Below the pieces are notes generated by a model, which was given only the letters and a program-made list of their open reading frames with translations, made no database searches and had not been told where the DNA came from. The position numbers and the translations under genes are program-made. From the human T2T-CHM13v2.0 reference genome, Homo sapiens, in assembly GCF_009914755.1 (NCBI RefSeq), contig NC_060945.1: a stretch of DNA of 64,000 nucleotides, one strand, 5' to 3'. Positions 27,113 to 40,980 of this stretch are shown here, in pieces (within the stretch, counting starts at the first letter, position 1; each line of letters begins with the position of its first letter).

Positions 27113-27633
27113 TCCCAGAAACAATTTCTAGCTGGTCCTCTTTCTGTTTCTTGGTGAGTTTGTGTCTTTCTCTGAGTAATTTTCAGGATAAAAATATTTG
27201 AAATTCTTTTTTCTATTTTCATTATGGGGAAAAAGCATCTTGTCTTCATTCAACAAACTTTTATTATCTGTTATAAGCAAAGTATTTTTGCTCAGTCTTG
27301 GGGAGGAAAAAGTAAAGATAGCATGTCCCTCAATGAGTTTATAATTGATAGGGACACAAGGAGCTCTCACTATCAGGCAGGGGTTATCTAAGACAGTGAA
27401 TAATGCCCAGAGAAGGGTTATAGGAATTGGAGGAGGATGAGAATCTCTGGAGAAATCACAGCCTTTGGAAAAGGCCACAAAGAGGGGCAGAACCCGGGGG
27501 CACCCGGTGGAGAACTGAGCAGGTGTGGTGTTTAGAATTTAGGTAACGGGAGAGTATGGTGATGGGCAGTCTTGGAAATGGACTTTCTGGGAAGCATTTG
27601 GGTGGAGATCTTGGACTAGACTGGTGACTATGG

Positions 27634-28102
27634 TGTAGTGGGTTGATGGTGACCCTCCAAAATGGTACATACATGTCCCAACTCTCAGAACCTGTAAATG
27701 TGACCTTATTCAGAAAAAGGTCAATTTGCAGACAGATGTGATTAAGTTAAGGATGTCCAGATGGGGCCACCCCGGATTAGGATGGATTCAAAATCCAAGG
27801 ACATGATCTTACAAGAGAAGAAGAGAAGAAAAAGTCACAGAGATGCAGGGGAGAAGAGACAGAGACATGTGGAGGAGACAGCCCCATGAAGATGGAGGCA
27901 GCCGTTGGAGTAACACAGCCACAGCCCACAGACGCCTGGGGCCAGCAAGAGCCTGGAGACGCAAGGAAGGACCCTCCCCTGGAGCCTCCGGAGGGAGTGT
28001 GGCATCGCGGACATCTCGATTTTGAACTTCTGCCCTCAGAACGGTGAGACGGCACATTTTGTGGCATTTTCTTGGGGCAGCCTGAGGTCACTAATATTAT
28101 AC
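27634..28102 (+). mobile_element. MLT1 (MaLR) LTR relic
   Basis: tgtagtgggttga...aacctgtaaatgtgaccttatt...gattaagttaaggat...gcaaggaagg...cctggagcctccggagggag motifs. Confidence 0.8.
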
Positions 28103-28178
28103 AAAAGAAAAGGAAGCAAAGATGGTCATGAGAGAGCAACGTTTTGAAAAAGAAAAGTGGTAGGAAGCATAGAGAGGA

Positions 28179-28436
28179 GGATAAAGAAGATTAGGTTTCT
28201 TTCTGCTTATTTGTTAAACCTGTTCAAGCTGCAGTAAGATTGTCATGATCTCCGTCGTCATCTGATTTATCCCCCAGCCAGTTTCTCTGTAAAATCTGGA
28301 AAGATAGTAGTTGCTGAGGGGCCTCATTAGAGGATTGGTGTGAGAGTGGAGATGTGTCTGTTGCAGGACTCCTGGGACCTGTCCAGACAGCAGTGGTGGA
28401 GGGAAGCGAAGTGAAGTGCAGTTCTGTCTAAACTAG
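28179..28436 (+). repeat. Dispersed direct duplication, copy 2
   Basis: Aligns with 23570-23826. Confidence 0.95.
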
Positions 28437-28659
28437 AGAACCCTGGAGCAAGGAAGACTGTGAGGCACCACCCGTGGGGGGTGCAGGGCAGCTGCCACAG
28501 ACGTTGTTTGGCTTCATGAAGCTGAGTTGAAGATACGCACCCTCTGTGGCCCAGCATTTTCACTTCGACCTGAATACAGCGCTCTCAGCAGCACTGTTCA
28601 TAACAACAACAAGACTGGATATGACCCAAATGCTCATTGAAAGAAGAGTGAATAAACCA

Positions 28660-28973
<314 letters not shown>

Positions 28974-29409
28974 GAGCGAATAAACAAACTGTGATGGGTC
29001 CACAGTGGAATATTATACAGCCCAGAAAAGAAATGAAGCACAGTTACAGGCATCAACAAGAACAGATCTCATGGACAAGATAATGGAGAGGGAGAAAAAG
29101 CAATTCCTGGAACACATGCAATGTGATGCCTTTTCTAAAAACTTCAAAACATTCAAAAGTCACCAAAATTGTTAAAGGATAAATACGAACGTGGTGCAAG
29201 ATAGAGAAAAACAAGGATGTAATACCATTCAAGAGAGTGGGGACATCTGGTGAAGGCAGGGGACTGGGATGAGGGAGGGGCGCCGGGCCTGGGGTGTGTT
29301 GCTGAGATTACCGCCTGGCTGGCTCGTGGGCACATTTATTTTTCATTGATTTATTCATTTATTTTTCTTCCTCACATCTCACAAGCAAGTGATCTGCACA
29401 GAAAGTAAG

Positions 29410-29700
29410 TGTCATATTGTGTGTGGACTCCGGAGCCAGACCACTCAGTTTAAGTTCTGTTTCTGGTCGGTTTCACTTCTGCTTACTAGCTATGGTTCTT
29501 GGGGAAGGTTATTTTAGGTCTCTGGTGCCTCAGTTTTCTCATCTGGGTGTATTGAAATATGGACCTTGCAGGGTTCTGGTGAGAATTAAATGAGTTCTGT
29601 GTTGAGAATTAAGTGAGTTAATGTATGCGAAAGCTTAGAATCGTGCCCTGCGGCATAGTAGATCTATATAAGCATCAGCTATTGCCATCATCAGCATCAT
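29410..29700 (+). mobile_element. MIR. Similar fragments at ~5040-5200, 17910-18120, 19190-19400, 31350-31520, 37040-37250, 42560-42720, 50540-50740
   Basis: MIR core tgcctcagttttctcatct...gtgagaattaaatgag...gcttagaa..gtgcc. Confidence 0.65.
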
Positions 29701-29776
29701 CATTTTGTAAATGTAAGGCAGTTTGAAATCAAAAAAGTAAAAAGACGGTATGGAGCTGTAAAGAAGTGAGAGGGAG

Positions 29777-30176
<400 letters not shown>

Positions 30177-33100
30177 TTAAAGGATTCTAAGTCTAAACCA
30201 CTGAGGACTCTTGGGGACAGGAGGAGAGATGAAGACTGGAGGAGGAACTGAGGGTTTCTAGCTGCGCGTGTTGACCTTCTCCTGGGGTGGCACATCCCAT
30301 TGAAGCCATGTTCCCAGGGGACAAGCAGAGTGGACCCAGCTCTTTGGGGACTTTGGTGCTTCCAGTCTTATTTTGAAGGCATTATAGAGGGGGTGGAAGC
30401 CAGATCCAAACCCAGTTCACTTCCCATTCCCTGCCCCATGCCTCAGTGGTCTTTGGTTTCCCGTGGGTGCTCTGGGCATCCTGCATGGAGGGGGACTCCA
30501 GGCTCCCAGAGATAGGCAGCCGCATGCAGTGGTGCCCAAACGTGGAGGAGCACAGTCCAGCTAGCCTGTTGGAAGAGAGCCCTGAAAACAGGGCTGGGAC
30601 CTCCCAGGGAATGAGTCAGGGGCCACCCATGAGCCTCCCTGCAGGCCTCCTCTGGTGGCCGCTCATGGTCATTGAGATTTTAGTTCTTTGGGTCACACAC
30701 ACAGTGAGCGCCAGTGGACAGAACTTGCCTGTGTGAGGTCAGGGTCTCTCCCGCGGTACCCTCCATGTGGGCCATTCCTGAGTCTCATTTTCACTGATGG
30801 GAACATAACACAAACGTGCTTTGTCTCTCTTGCACTTACCCCTTTCCTCCCTGGCATGCTGTGCTGCTGGCATGGAGGCAGGGTCAGGAGCCCAACAAGG
30901 GGTGTGTGCGGGGTATAGGAAGGTGGCCCCCAGACCCCGCAGGGATCGGCTTGGGAGAGACCCACCAGACACATGAAGGGAAGCAACAGCAGCACTAAGT
31001 GGTATTGCTGGCAGGAACGGCAGGGATCACAACACAAAGGCAACAACAGAAACGAACACAGGGACAGCTCAGCGCCCAGCAGACATGAACTTGCCTGACC
31101 ATACCCTGTGAGGAGCTAGGGCTGTCACTATCTCCTCTGGAATACAGAGGCCCACGGTCGGTCGGTGACCTACCCAGGAGGGAAGTGGGATTCAGACCTG
31201 ACTAGTTTGCCTCCAGGCCCTACTGTTTTGACTCTCCTGATGGTAAAATGATGAGTCTGCAAATTGAACAAGTGCTTGGAGGAAGGAGGTTTGCTTTAGG
31301 TTTGGGCAGGAAAGGGAGGACCTGTATTCATGGAGGCCCAACCGGGTGGCAAATGCTTCACAGTCCTGATCTCATTTTGTCTCCCCAGCAGCACCAGGTG
31401 GAAGGAGGTACGTGTTGTTACCTCAGTTTACAAATGAGATAACAGAGGCTCAGCGAGATACACTAAGTTGTCTTAAGTCTGAAGATGAATAAGGACTCGA
31501 TGTAGGATTAGAGCTGTGGCCAGCCACCGTGTGAAGTTTACTTGCTTCTTGGGGCCACAAAACTGGCTCGATGAGGGGGCAGGACAAGGTTGGGATGAGG
31601 ATAGGGTGGTCCTTTTCAATGGGATGAATGGCAGCGGCCAACGCATGTTTGGGAGACCCTGACCAGACCAGCCTGGTGTGGGGGAAGTGGAGGCGAGGCG
31701 GGGGGAATGGGAAACGTGTCTGGAAGGGCCCAATTGTGGAAAGAAGGCCTTGAACCCCAGGCCTAGGCACAGTCGGTCCTAGAGGGAGACAGTGGGGGCC
31801 CACCCAGAGAGAGCTGGGAGACTCAGAATCCCACTGGAGCCCCTACTCTTCCCAGGCAGGCCACGCCAGCACTGGCCTTGGGCATGGGAGGGCCTCCCAA
31901 GTCATGTGCAGGCCCAAAGTCCTTGCTTTACTTTACAAGACAAGCACAGAGCCGAGGCCCAAGGCTTGCATGTGGCATCATCTCCGTGTCCGTCGAATCT
32001 GAAAGGACCAGGGAAGCTCAGGAAGCTGAGTTCAGAGGCATCCCTCTGCTTGGCAGCCACCCTGACCATGCCATTGGGTTGCTGGAAACCCCAGCTGTGG
32101 AAACGGAACCGCTGATTCTGAAGCTCTCCCCGCAATGCTTCTTGGATGTGGCCATGCACGGGGGCAAGGGTTTGATGAGAGCATCTGTGCCATTGCCCGG
32201 ACAAGAAGGAGCTGTTGGCTGTCATTCTTTCCAGAAATCTCAGCAATGTAAATGTTCAGGGAGAGCAATAAGACCTCGTGGTTGCCAGCCAACTCCTGCT
32301 TCTGGAAGCTTTCCAAATCTCCCTGTGCCTACCATTGTGCCTGTGCTGGATTTCTGCTTGTTTTTCCTTTTTCTTTCAGAGTTTGAATTTGGGTTTGGGA
32401 GGATAGTAATTTGATATATTAGAGCAGCGATAATCGCTGTCATTAAGCAGAACCCAGCTCCTTAATGTCTGTGTGTGGACGGGCCAAGTGCGAGCCAGTG
32501 TGTGGGGCTGGGATGCCTGAGAGCACAGAGAAACACAAAGCCAGGGCCGCCGGGCAGCTGGGGCAGGTTAGGGACACTTCTTTCGTTGTCCTGTTTGAGA
32601 CTCAGCCATGGCTGCTTTGGATGGTCTCTGGTTGGTGTTGGACTATGATTTTTCTTTAGCGGGGGTGACTCTGATGTCATTCAGCTTGGAGATGTGTCCC
32701 AAATAAACCTTTAATCACAGAAAAGGTGCTTGGAAGGACAAGGGGCACCTTCCTGGCCCGGTGACTGCAGCTTGGGGATCACCCTCCCATTGCCTGGCTT
32801 TCCCTCCTACTTTCCGAGCAACCACCTCTTGGGTTTGGCGTTTTAAGGTTTCCCCACTTGGATTTTAACCCCCATTGGCAGCAGGTTTAGGAAAGCCATC
32901 AGAGGGAAGCCCTCCTCCCTGACATCATCCCCGCCCAGGTGGTGTTGGGGCGAGTGAGGTTCTGGTGCTGGGGAAGCTGCTGCTTGAGGATAGCAGTGGG
33001 AAGAAGTTTCATGGCAGCAGCTGCCACCTATGTGTTCTGCAGAGCACCTGGCAGGAGAGACTCGCCTTCCCAGTCTCGGCACGCCTGGATGCCGCATTAG

Positions 33101-35296
33101 CACACAGGGAGGGTCATGGTCAGAGCTTCAGGATGCAGTGGGCGAGGTGTCTAAGATCCAGATGCTAGCCTTGGAGGAGCTGGTGGGACAAAGGCTGTTC
33201 CCAGGGATTGCACCTGCCTGGCCCTGCATCCAGGGAGGATCCTTTCAGCTGGAGATGCCGGAAGTTGGCAGAGCTGGGGTAAAGGGCAGAAACATAAAGA
33301 CCAGGTCAGCAGCAGCTCCAACTAAGGCAGATGCCCAGAGCAGATCAGAGAAGCAGACCAGAGATGAGCCGGCACCGCTGTGGGGGAAGGATCATCCCAG
33401 CCATCATGTGGTTTGGGGGAAAGCTGGGACCCCACTTGGTACAATTTAGGAAGGTACAGAAGAATGTGCATTCCATCATGTGGGTTCTGCTTCTCCCCTG
33501 AAGCCTCTGTCAAGAGCTGCTTTGGGTCTTGGTATGGAGAAATGCCTTCATTTGGCCAGACCCATCTGGCAGAGGCAGTCACGATGCCATTGGACCCCCA
33601 GGCAAGCAGCCCCTCCTAGAGAGCGAGGGTCTTGGAAGGCCTGGTATGACCCCCATGCCACTCTGTTTCCTAGGGAACCCTAAAGGGAAACCGCACGTGA
33701 GGGACTCCACTGAGATAACCCTGACGTCACCGTGCCACTGTGCCCCTTGTCTGCAGGGTAACTTGGCTTTGAAGGAGCATCAGGGGACCCTCTGTAGGAC
33801 TGGGGGTGAGATCGATGGACCTGCCAGCTGTTATTGTTGGGATTATAGGGAAGTGAGGAGGTCGTGTGTGCCTCCTTGGGGTCTGAGTGCCTCCTTGGGG
33901 TGCCTAAGGGAGACTGAACATCATTTTGGTGATATTTATTGATGTAACTACTCCCTTTGCACGATATTTATTGATGTGACTATTCCCCATCACTTGTGGG
34001 ATGCTGAGCTGTGCATAGCACAGTTCAAAATATCTGATCTAAGCAGGCAGGAAGGAGACAGCTGCTGCTGCTGCTTAGAGTTAGGCGCAGGGATGAAACC
34101 CATGAGATGAGGAGGCTGGTGGAGGAAAGGGACTGGGGGCAGTGGAGGGATGGAGAAATGGACAGAAGTATGGATGGGGAATGCTGAATGTGAGGGAGAC
34201 CCCAGAACCGGATGACACAAGAAAACAATCCTTGGCTGTGGCCGGGTGACCATGTTAAGGCCATTAAAGTCATGCTTGGAGAAACCACATAGATGCTTGC
34301 AGCTTTGCCTGTCATCCAGTGGACTTCAGAGCACAGCATCCGTTCGAAATCCAGCGGCAGATTTTCATAGTCTGACAAATTAAATCAGCTGTTCTCCTGG
34401 CGCCAGAGTGGGCTTCCTGCCCCACACTCACTGAGGGGTGGTAGGGAGGGGTGGCCTGTCCTTTGCACACTAGTGGGCAAATGATACTGTCTTCATTTTA
34501 TGAGCAGTTCTTGCCCCCTGTGACTTAGAATCCCTCACGTGTGTTTTGAGATCCATTTTGATGTTATTAAGCCCAACTTCCCAGACCTTCTTCCTGTTCT
34601 TCTTGTTGGCACAAAAGCCCCCTTCCTGTTTCAGAAGGTGCAAAAAGCAAGAGGATTGATCAGCGCGTGGCTTTGCCACATGATCACGAAAATGGAGGCG
34701 GTCGATGAGAAGGCCCTTAGGCATTAGGGGGAAGAAACAAGTAGAGTAAAAAGGAAATGTCACTGGATGTCATAGAATATGGATTTCTGTCCTTTCTGCC
34801 TTGAGCTTTCTCTTGGGGAGGGAGGAAGAGGGGTCTGGGAGAACAAGACAGCCCGTTCTGAGCAGAAGCCCCTTTCAGCTCTGGGCTGAGATGAATGGGG
34901 AGCGAGGGGGAGGGGAGGGAGTGTAGCGCAGCTGGGCTCATCCCATCAATGTTGGCATCCAAAGAAAAATCACGGCTTTGGGTGGGGAAACTGGGTCCTG
35001 CTGTGTAGTTTTCAGATTGAAGTTGATGTGAGACTTGGAGATCATTTGGCAACCTTATTGGTGCTATTGGCATAATTTAAATAATGGGAAGGATTTTATT
35101 CTTAATTGTTCCAGCCAGGTTTAGAAGCCTGGAAAAAGACCAGTTCTGCTTTTAGAAGTATAAAAATACCGCAGGGATGGAAAATGCTTCATGCCTGACA
35201 GGCAGATGTAAATGATTTCCAGTTATATTTCAGTACCTGCGCAGGGGCAGGGCCCCGTTGCTAGTGATCTGATGAACTAGTCAGCCAGTGGGGCGC

Positions 35297-35595
35297 GGTG
35301 TGCAGGGGGCGTGTGTGTGCACACAGGATGTATGTACATGGTGTGTCTGTGCCTACATATGATAGTGTGTACATGGTGTGTCTGTGCACGCATGATTGTG
35401 TGTACATGGTGTGTGTGCACATGATGCACATGTGTGTATATGGGTAGACGTGTATGTGATGTGTGTCTGAGTGCATGGTGTGAGTGCACACATGTCCATG
35501 TGTGGGTGTGTGTGCATGCGCGTGTGCCTGTGTGCACATGGTGTGTGCATGGCATGGGTGTGTATCATGGCCTGTGTGTGCACACTGTGTGTACA
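35297..35595. repeat. Degenerate (TG/CA) alternating purine-pyrimidine tract
   Basis: Read directly; recurring gtgtgt/gcac/catg. Confidence 0.9.
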
Positions 35596-36287
35596 GGGCA
35601 GACGCACTCACTGAGGGCCCCTTCAGTTGTAATAGGCAGGAGGAGCGCACGAGGAGGCTGAAACGCCAGTTAGAATTTCAGCTGTGAGCTCTTCTCTTCC
35701 CCACTTAGGGCTGGGATGTTTTCACAGAAATCACAGAGCAGCTCTCAGAGCCCAAACTCATTGTTTCTCCTGGTTTTGTTTGTGTTGACTTTCCCTTTAA
35801 TCCATGCTCAAGCCCCTCACCTGTTTAGAGGGGATGTGGCCCGACTTTCAATGAAAATCTCTCCAGTTCTCCTGCCGTGGCCTCTCGGGCTCCTGGGGAA
35901 CAGCACCCTGAGCCTTCTCCTTCTTAACTGGTGAGTTCTGCAGAGAATGGGGCTATGGTTGATAGTGTAGTCTTTGGGAACTTTTGTTATTGGACAAATG
36001 TCCACTTTGTTTTCTAGGACATCTCTTTGTGTCCCCCAGAGTGAACCAGCTGGAGCCAGGGAGCCCCTAGAGCAGTAGCAGCCATTAGGGGGAGCCACTG
36101 GGAGTCAGGTGCCTTGACTTGGATCCAGGTGTGCACCCTTTCTTTCCAAGGGTCTCTGGGTGAGGCCCGTGACCTTCCCAAGCCTCTCCCTGTCTTGTGA
36201 AACCTGGGCGTGATATACCTCCCTTTTAGGGCTGCTGCGATCATTTAGGCAGATTAAACCTCATAAGTGGTTTCCCATACAAGAAAG

Positions 36288-36672
36288 ATGCTAGCAGTGC
36301 AACAGACAGAACACTTACCTGCCTGCCCTCCCGCCAGGAGGTGGTCTTCCAACTTTTGCCCGGAGTCTACAGAGGGTGGGCCCTCTCTGCTGGGGCTCCG
36401 GGACATGGTCAGGAGAGGTTGGTCTGTCTGTACCGCCATTCTCTTGGCCAGACTGTGGTGTCTGGTCCCTACTCACACCTTCCTGTCAGAGTATCCAGAG
36501 GCCGCAGAGTATCCACACCCTGGCTGGGTGTACTGGCTACAGATGGCTGTGGCTCCAGGTCACCTGCGTGCCTGGGTGATGAGAAATAATGTCACAACAA
36601 ATATCCCATCTGCATTCTCTGGGACACTGACCCATGAAGAGAAAGCAGTTCTCACAGTTTTTACAGGCACAG
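36288..36672 (+). CDS. ABCG1: Intron-embedded alternative first coding exon of ABCG1 (ATG 36288 MLAVQ..., or ATG 36405 MVRRGW...)
   Basis: Open frame to ACAG|gtcagc donor (phase 1), in frame with exons at 39175, 39849 and 50927. Corresponds to a rare long-N-terminus isoform I recall being reported; translation uncertain. Confidence 0.6.
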
Positions 36673-37892
36673 GTCAGCTCTCAGAGTGCTGGGGACAGGG
36701 TTCCCACCAGGCAGCCCTTTCTGCTCCTCCCAGAGACTGATGGCTTCTCTGCATTCAGAGGGATCTGGGAGCATTGCAGGAATAGGCTCTGGCTCTTCAG
36801 AAATGATCACGAGCTTAAGGAACTGGGTCTGCAATGTGAAGCCTTAGGTCCACTCTCCTTGGTGGGAGCTCATGCCCTCCCCAGGCTCCAGGACCCAGTC
36901 AGGATTCTTAATTCACGTGGCTATGTCAGCGCAGCTGTCACTCCCGGAAATGAAGAGAGACCCCTCTTGCCGTCCTTCTCACATTGCTTGCACTTTCCAG
37001 CATGCATTTTGTTGTGATGTTTTGTCTGTAATTGCAACTCCAGCAGCAGCCAGTGTTTATTAACCATTTTCTATATGCCGGGCTCAATGTGAGGCATTTC
37101 GAACACATTCTCTTGTTTGGTCTTCACAGACACCCTTAAGGTTAAGTACTCATTTCATGCCCATTACCAGATGAAGAAAACAAATTTTAAAAACTCAAGG
37201 AACTTGCCCAAGGTCACACGGCTAATTAGAGGCCGAATCTAGAGCCGATTTGGAAATTTCAGGGCCCACTGGAATCTCCTGGGTCATGCCCCAGGCCAAT
37301 TCCTTCAGAAGCGTTTCTCAAACTCCCCAGGAGATTCCAGTCAATCAATTTGCAGGCAGCTTTTTGGGAACCCAGCTGGGCTGGAGTCTATGTAGAATAT
37401 CCATGGCACCCGCAGCCTCTGCAGCATCTGGCCTGAGTTATTCTTCCATTGCCCGGTGCTATCATACAGATACAGGACTGGTGACTACAAACAGTGTTAG
37501 CAGGACGTACTTGGAGCTCATTTGGCAGTGGGAGTGGACGTGCTGGGGGCCATCCCCCTTCCACCTGAAGCGTTCTTGTCCTAAAGCATGTTGCTGAGAC
37601 AGCTGTGTAGGGCGTGGCGGTGACCCTGGGGAAGGACCGTACTGAGAGCTCCAGACTCCAGCCAGCCTCCTCACTTTGGCCACATTCCAACAATGCTTAC
37701 TGCCTTCCACAGTGGATGAAATATTCCAGAAATCAGAATGTGTTGAAATGTGTGGCAAAGAAGAATGTCATACTTGAATATGTGCTTACACTGGCCACTG
37801 AACTGCATACACAGTCCCAAGAGGTCTCCCTGCACCGCGAGGCCCATGCTAGAAAAGGCGTTCTTCAGGAACAGACTGAGGCTTCATGAAGA

Positions 37893-38530
37893 TCCTTCCC
37901 TCCATCCATCACTCCATTAATCCTCCCCTCCATTCATCCCTCCACTCATCCCTTCATTTACTCCATCCATCCTTCCTCCCATTTTCCCATCCACTCCATC
38001 AGCCTCTCCATCCATCCCTCCACTCATCCCTTCATTTACTCCATCCATCCTTCCTCCCATTTCCCCACCCACTCCATAAGCCTCTCCAACCATCCCTCCA
38101 TCTGTTCCTCCATTAATTCTTCCCTCCACCCATCCCTCCCTTTATCTCTCCATCTATTTCTCTCTCCATCCCTCCCTTCATGTCTTCCTCTATCCCTCCT
38201 CCATCCCTCCCTCTATTCCTCCCTCCATCCCTCTTTCCATCTCTCCCTCCATCCTTCCCTCCATCCCACCTTCCATATCCCCCCCATCCCTCCCTCCATG
38301 TCTTCCTCCATCCCTTCCTCCATCCCTCAATGCATCCCTCTCTCCATCCAGAGTTCACCACACCCTGAGTCCCCAGTGCTGCACTCCTGAAACTCACTCT
38401 GGGATTTGCAACTGGGGGTTGCCTTGAACATGTTCCCTGTGTATCCGGTTGAATTTTGGAAACACCCATATCTCCATCCACTCTATCAGCCTCTCCATCC
38501 ATCCCTCCATCCATCCCTCCATTAATCCTC
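37893..38530. repeat. (CCAT/CCCT)-rich pyrimidine tract with internal ~78-bp duplication
   Basis: catccctccactcatcccttcatttactcc starts at both 37935 and 38013. Confidence 0.9.
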
Positions 38531-39174
38531 CTCTAGAGCATTCTACTAGAGAACAGCCGAGGTCAGCCTTCCTCTGCCTCTCAGGGGAGTAGGGCGCCTG
38601 CTGGCAGCTGCTGTAAGACTCGGGATGAGGGCTGCCCCCTGCAGGTGGCTCTGAAAGCTGCAGCTCTGAGTGGTGCCCCCAGCAGCAGCTTTGTTCCCTA
38701 ATTAGGAGGGCACAGTGGCTGTCTAGAAGCACCCAGGAGGGAGCTGCTCCAGAACTTTCTTTATCAGCTGACAAATCAACCTTCTCATGTGAGGGGAGTT
38801 TGAGTCGTTCACTCCAGAATTCTGGAGAACCGTAGGATTCGGAGCTCCTTGAGGGCATAGCCAGTGCTTTCCCTTGTTCCTGGTGGTGATCCAAGCTTGC
38901 CTTTCTCTCAGACCTGCCTCAGTTGTCCTGTTCTCATACCCTGTTTTCCCCCAAGAACACAGGGTGCATCCCCAGCCTTAGCTGGATTTTCTTCCACCTT
39001 GCAAAGGCCCCTGCCTGGGAGACATGTCTTGGTGTGAGAGAGACGACATTGCGTTCCCAGATGTCGCTGGTGCTGGGCTCAGCTCCAAAGTTCTGGAGCA
39101 GAGTCAGCAAAGCACAGCCTGGAGACCAGATCTGTGCTCTGCCTGAGTTTGTAAGTGAAGTTTTGTTGCAGTAG

Positions 39175-39365
39175 CCACAGCCGTGCATGTACAGGTGGCA
39201 GCTTTAGCTTCTGCTAAACTGGAGAGCTCAGTGTTTGTGACAGACTGCGTGTCCTGCAAAATCGAAAATGTCTGTGATTCAGCTCTTCAGGGAAAAAGGG
39301 TGCCGATGTCTGGCCTACAGGGCTCAAGCATTGTCATCATGCCCCCATCCAACCGTCCACTCAAG
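39175..39365 (+). CDS. ABCG1: Second intron-embedded alternative exon (191 nt), (A)TAVHVQVAALASAK...PSNRPLK
   Basis: ttttgttgCAG-TAG| tandem acceptor, open frame, AAG|gtgcat donor; phase 1 in, phase 0 out. Confidence 0.55.
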
Positions 39366-39848
39366 GTGCATTGACTGAGGCTGGCTGGCTGGAGTCATCA
39401 TGTGGGCCCTCAGGCTATGGAGGCAAATCGAGTGGCATTGCCTCTGCGGAGCTGGCCATTACCTTGTTTCCTAACTGTCACTCATTTGATAAAAACTGAC
39501 AAGGTTGCTAGAGCCACGTGTTTGCAAACCAGTGGGCATTCGCACGTGCATGTAATCCACACAGTTACTCGGTGATGGGAGTATACTTGAGGGAAAGCAG
39601 CTCACAGATTTGCCACTTGCCACAGGTCATGGTTTAGGAAGAGGCAGAGGTGGGGTGTTTTCTCATTAGCCCATTCCCTCCTCCCTTTGGATGGAAGAAA
39701 GGAAAAGAGCAGGGGAGAGAGAGGCCAATGGCAAAGGAGCACAGCGGGAGAAAGAAGGCCCCCAGGCTTGAGCGGCCCTGAAGCTCAGCAGCTGTGGGTT
39801 GGACGGTGGTGTTGGCTTGCTCTTCCCCTTCCCTCCTGGTTTCTTCAG

Positions 39849-39999
39849 GCCAGTGCGGCATCCTGCACGTGGTCAGTCCAAGTCCAGGGAGGGCCCCATC
39901 ACCTGGGGGTGGTCGCTATCAGTGGCAAAGTCTTGTCAGCAGCTCATGGGGCAGGAAGGGCCTATGGTTGGGGGTTTCCTGGCGATCCCATGGAGGAAG
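39849..39999 (+). CDS. ABCG1: Third intron-embedded alternative exon (151 nt), ASAASCTWSV...GDPMEE(G)
   Basis: Strong tract cttcccctt...ttcttcag|, open frame, GAAG|gtgagg donor. Phase 1 matches the Walker A exon (G|GA TAC AAG = GYK). Confidence 0.6.
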
Positions 40000-40689
40000 G
40001 TGAGGATGAGTTGTGTTGCTTCTCGGGTGAAGCTGGTCACGTGGCCCTAAAGGCATTCAGAGTAGATGCTCACTTCAACCCTGCAGGTGGCATTGGGCGG
40101 CAAGCATTTCTAGGACCCAGCTTCCACCACGGAGCCGAATGGTGGCCCGGCTGGGGCCAGGGCTCCTCTCGAGGGGGCCTGAGATGCTGAGACCCATGAC
40201 GCTGCTGCTCCTGCCAGGGGCTCATCACCTGTGAAACACAAGCCGGGGAGCCTGAGTGTGGCAGAGTCTCCCTCCCCAGGGTTCCCTCTGCAGGATTTTG
40301 TTTGGGTTCTTTTGAAGTTGAAAAGATTTTCAAAAGAGCTCACCAGAATATCTAAAACCATGTTATTTAGGGAGGAGAGGAGCCGCATGGAAGGGCCCCA
40401 ACTCCCCAGTGACCCCCTCCACCAAACGCACACCAACTGGTGGCATTAGAGGTGACAGTGCAGCAGGATGGACTTCTTACTTCCCCTCTCAGTCTTTGCA
40501 CTCAGCCCCAAGCAGCTCCTGCCAAGGAGCCAAGGAGAGGAAAATATCCCTTAGCAGGAAGGAAGGAAAATAGAGGCATCCCAGAAACTGAACAAGGACC
40601 CAGAAAGCAAACCCCACCTCTGTTCCCCCATGAGCTACCCACTTTTCCCCACAGCCCCACAGCTGTGTGCCTCCCTCTCTCCCATTTTC

Positions 40690-40980
<291 letters not shown>

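Noticed and set aside
33878-33989. Two adjacent short tandem duplications (~19 bp and ~33 bp)
   Set aside because: Consistent with ordinary replication slippage; no further structure seen.
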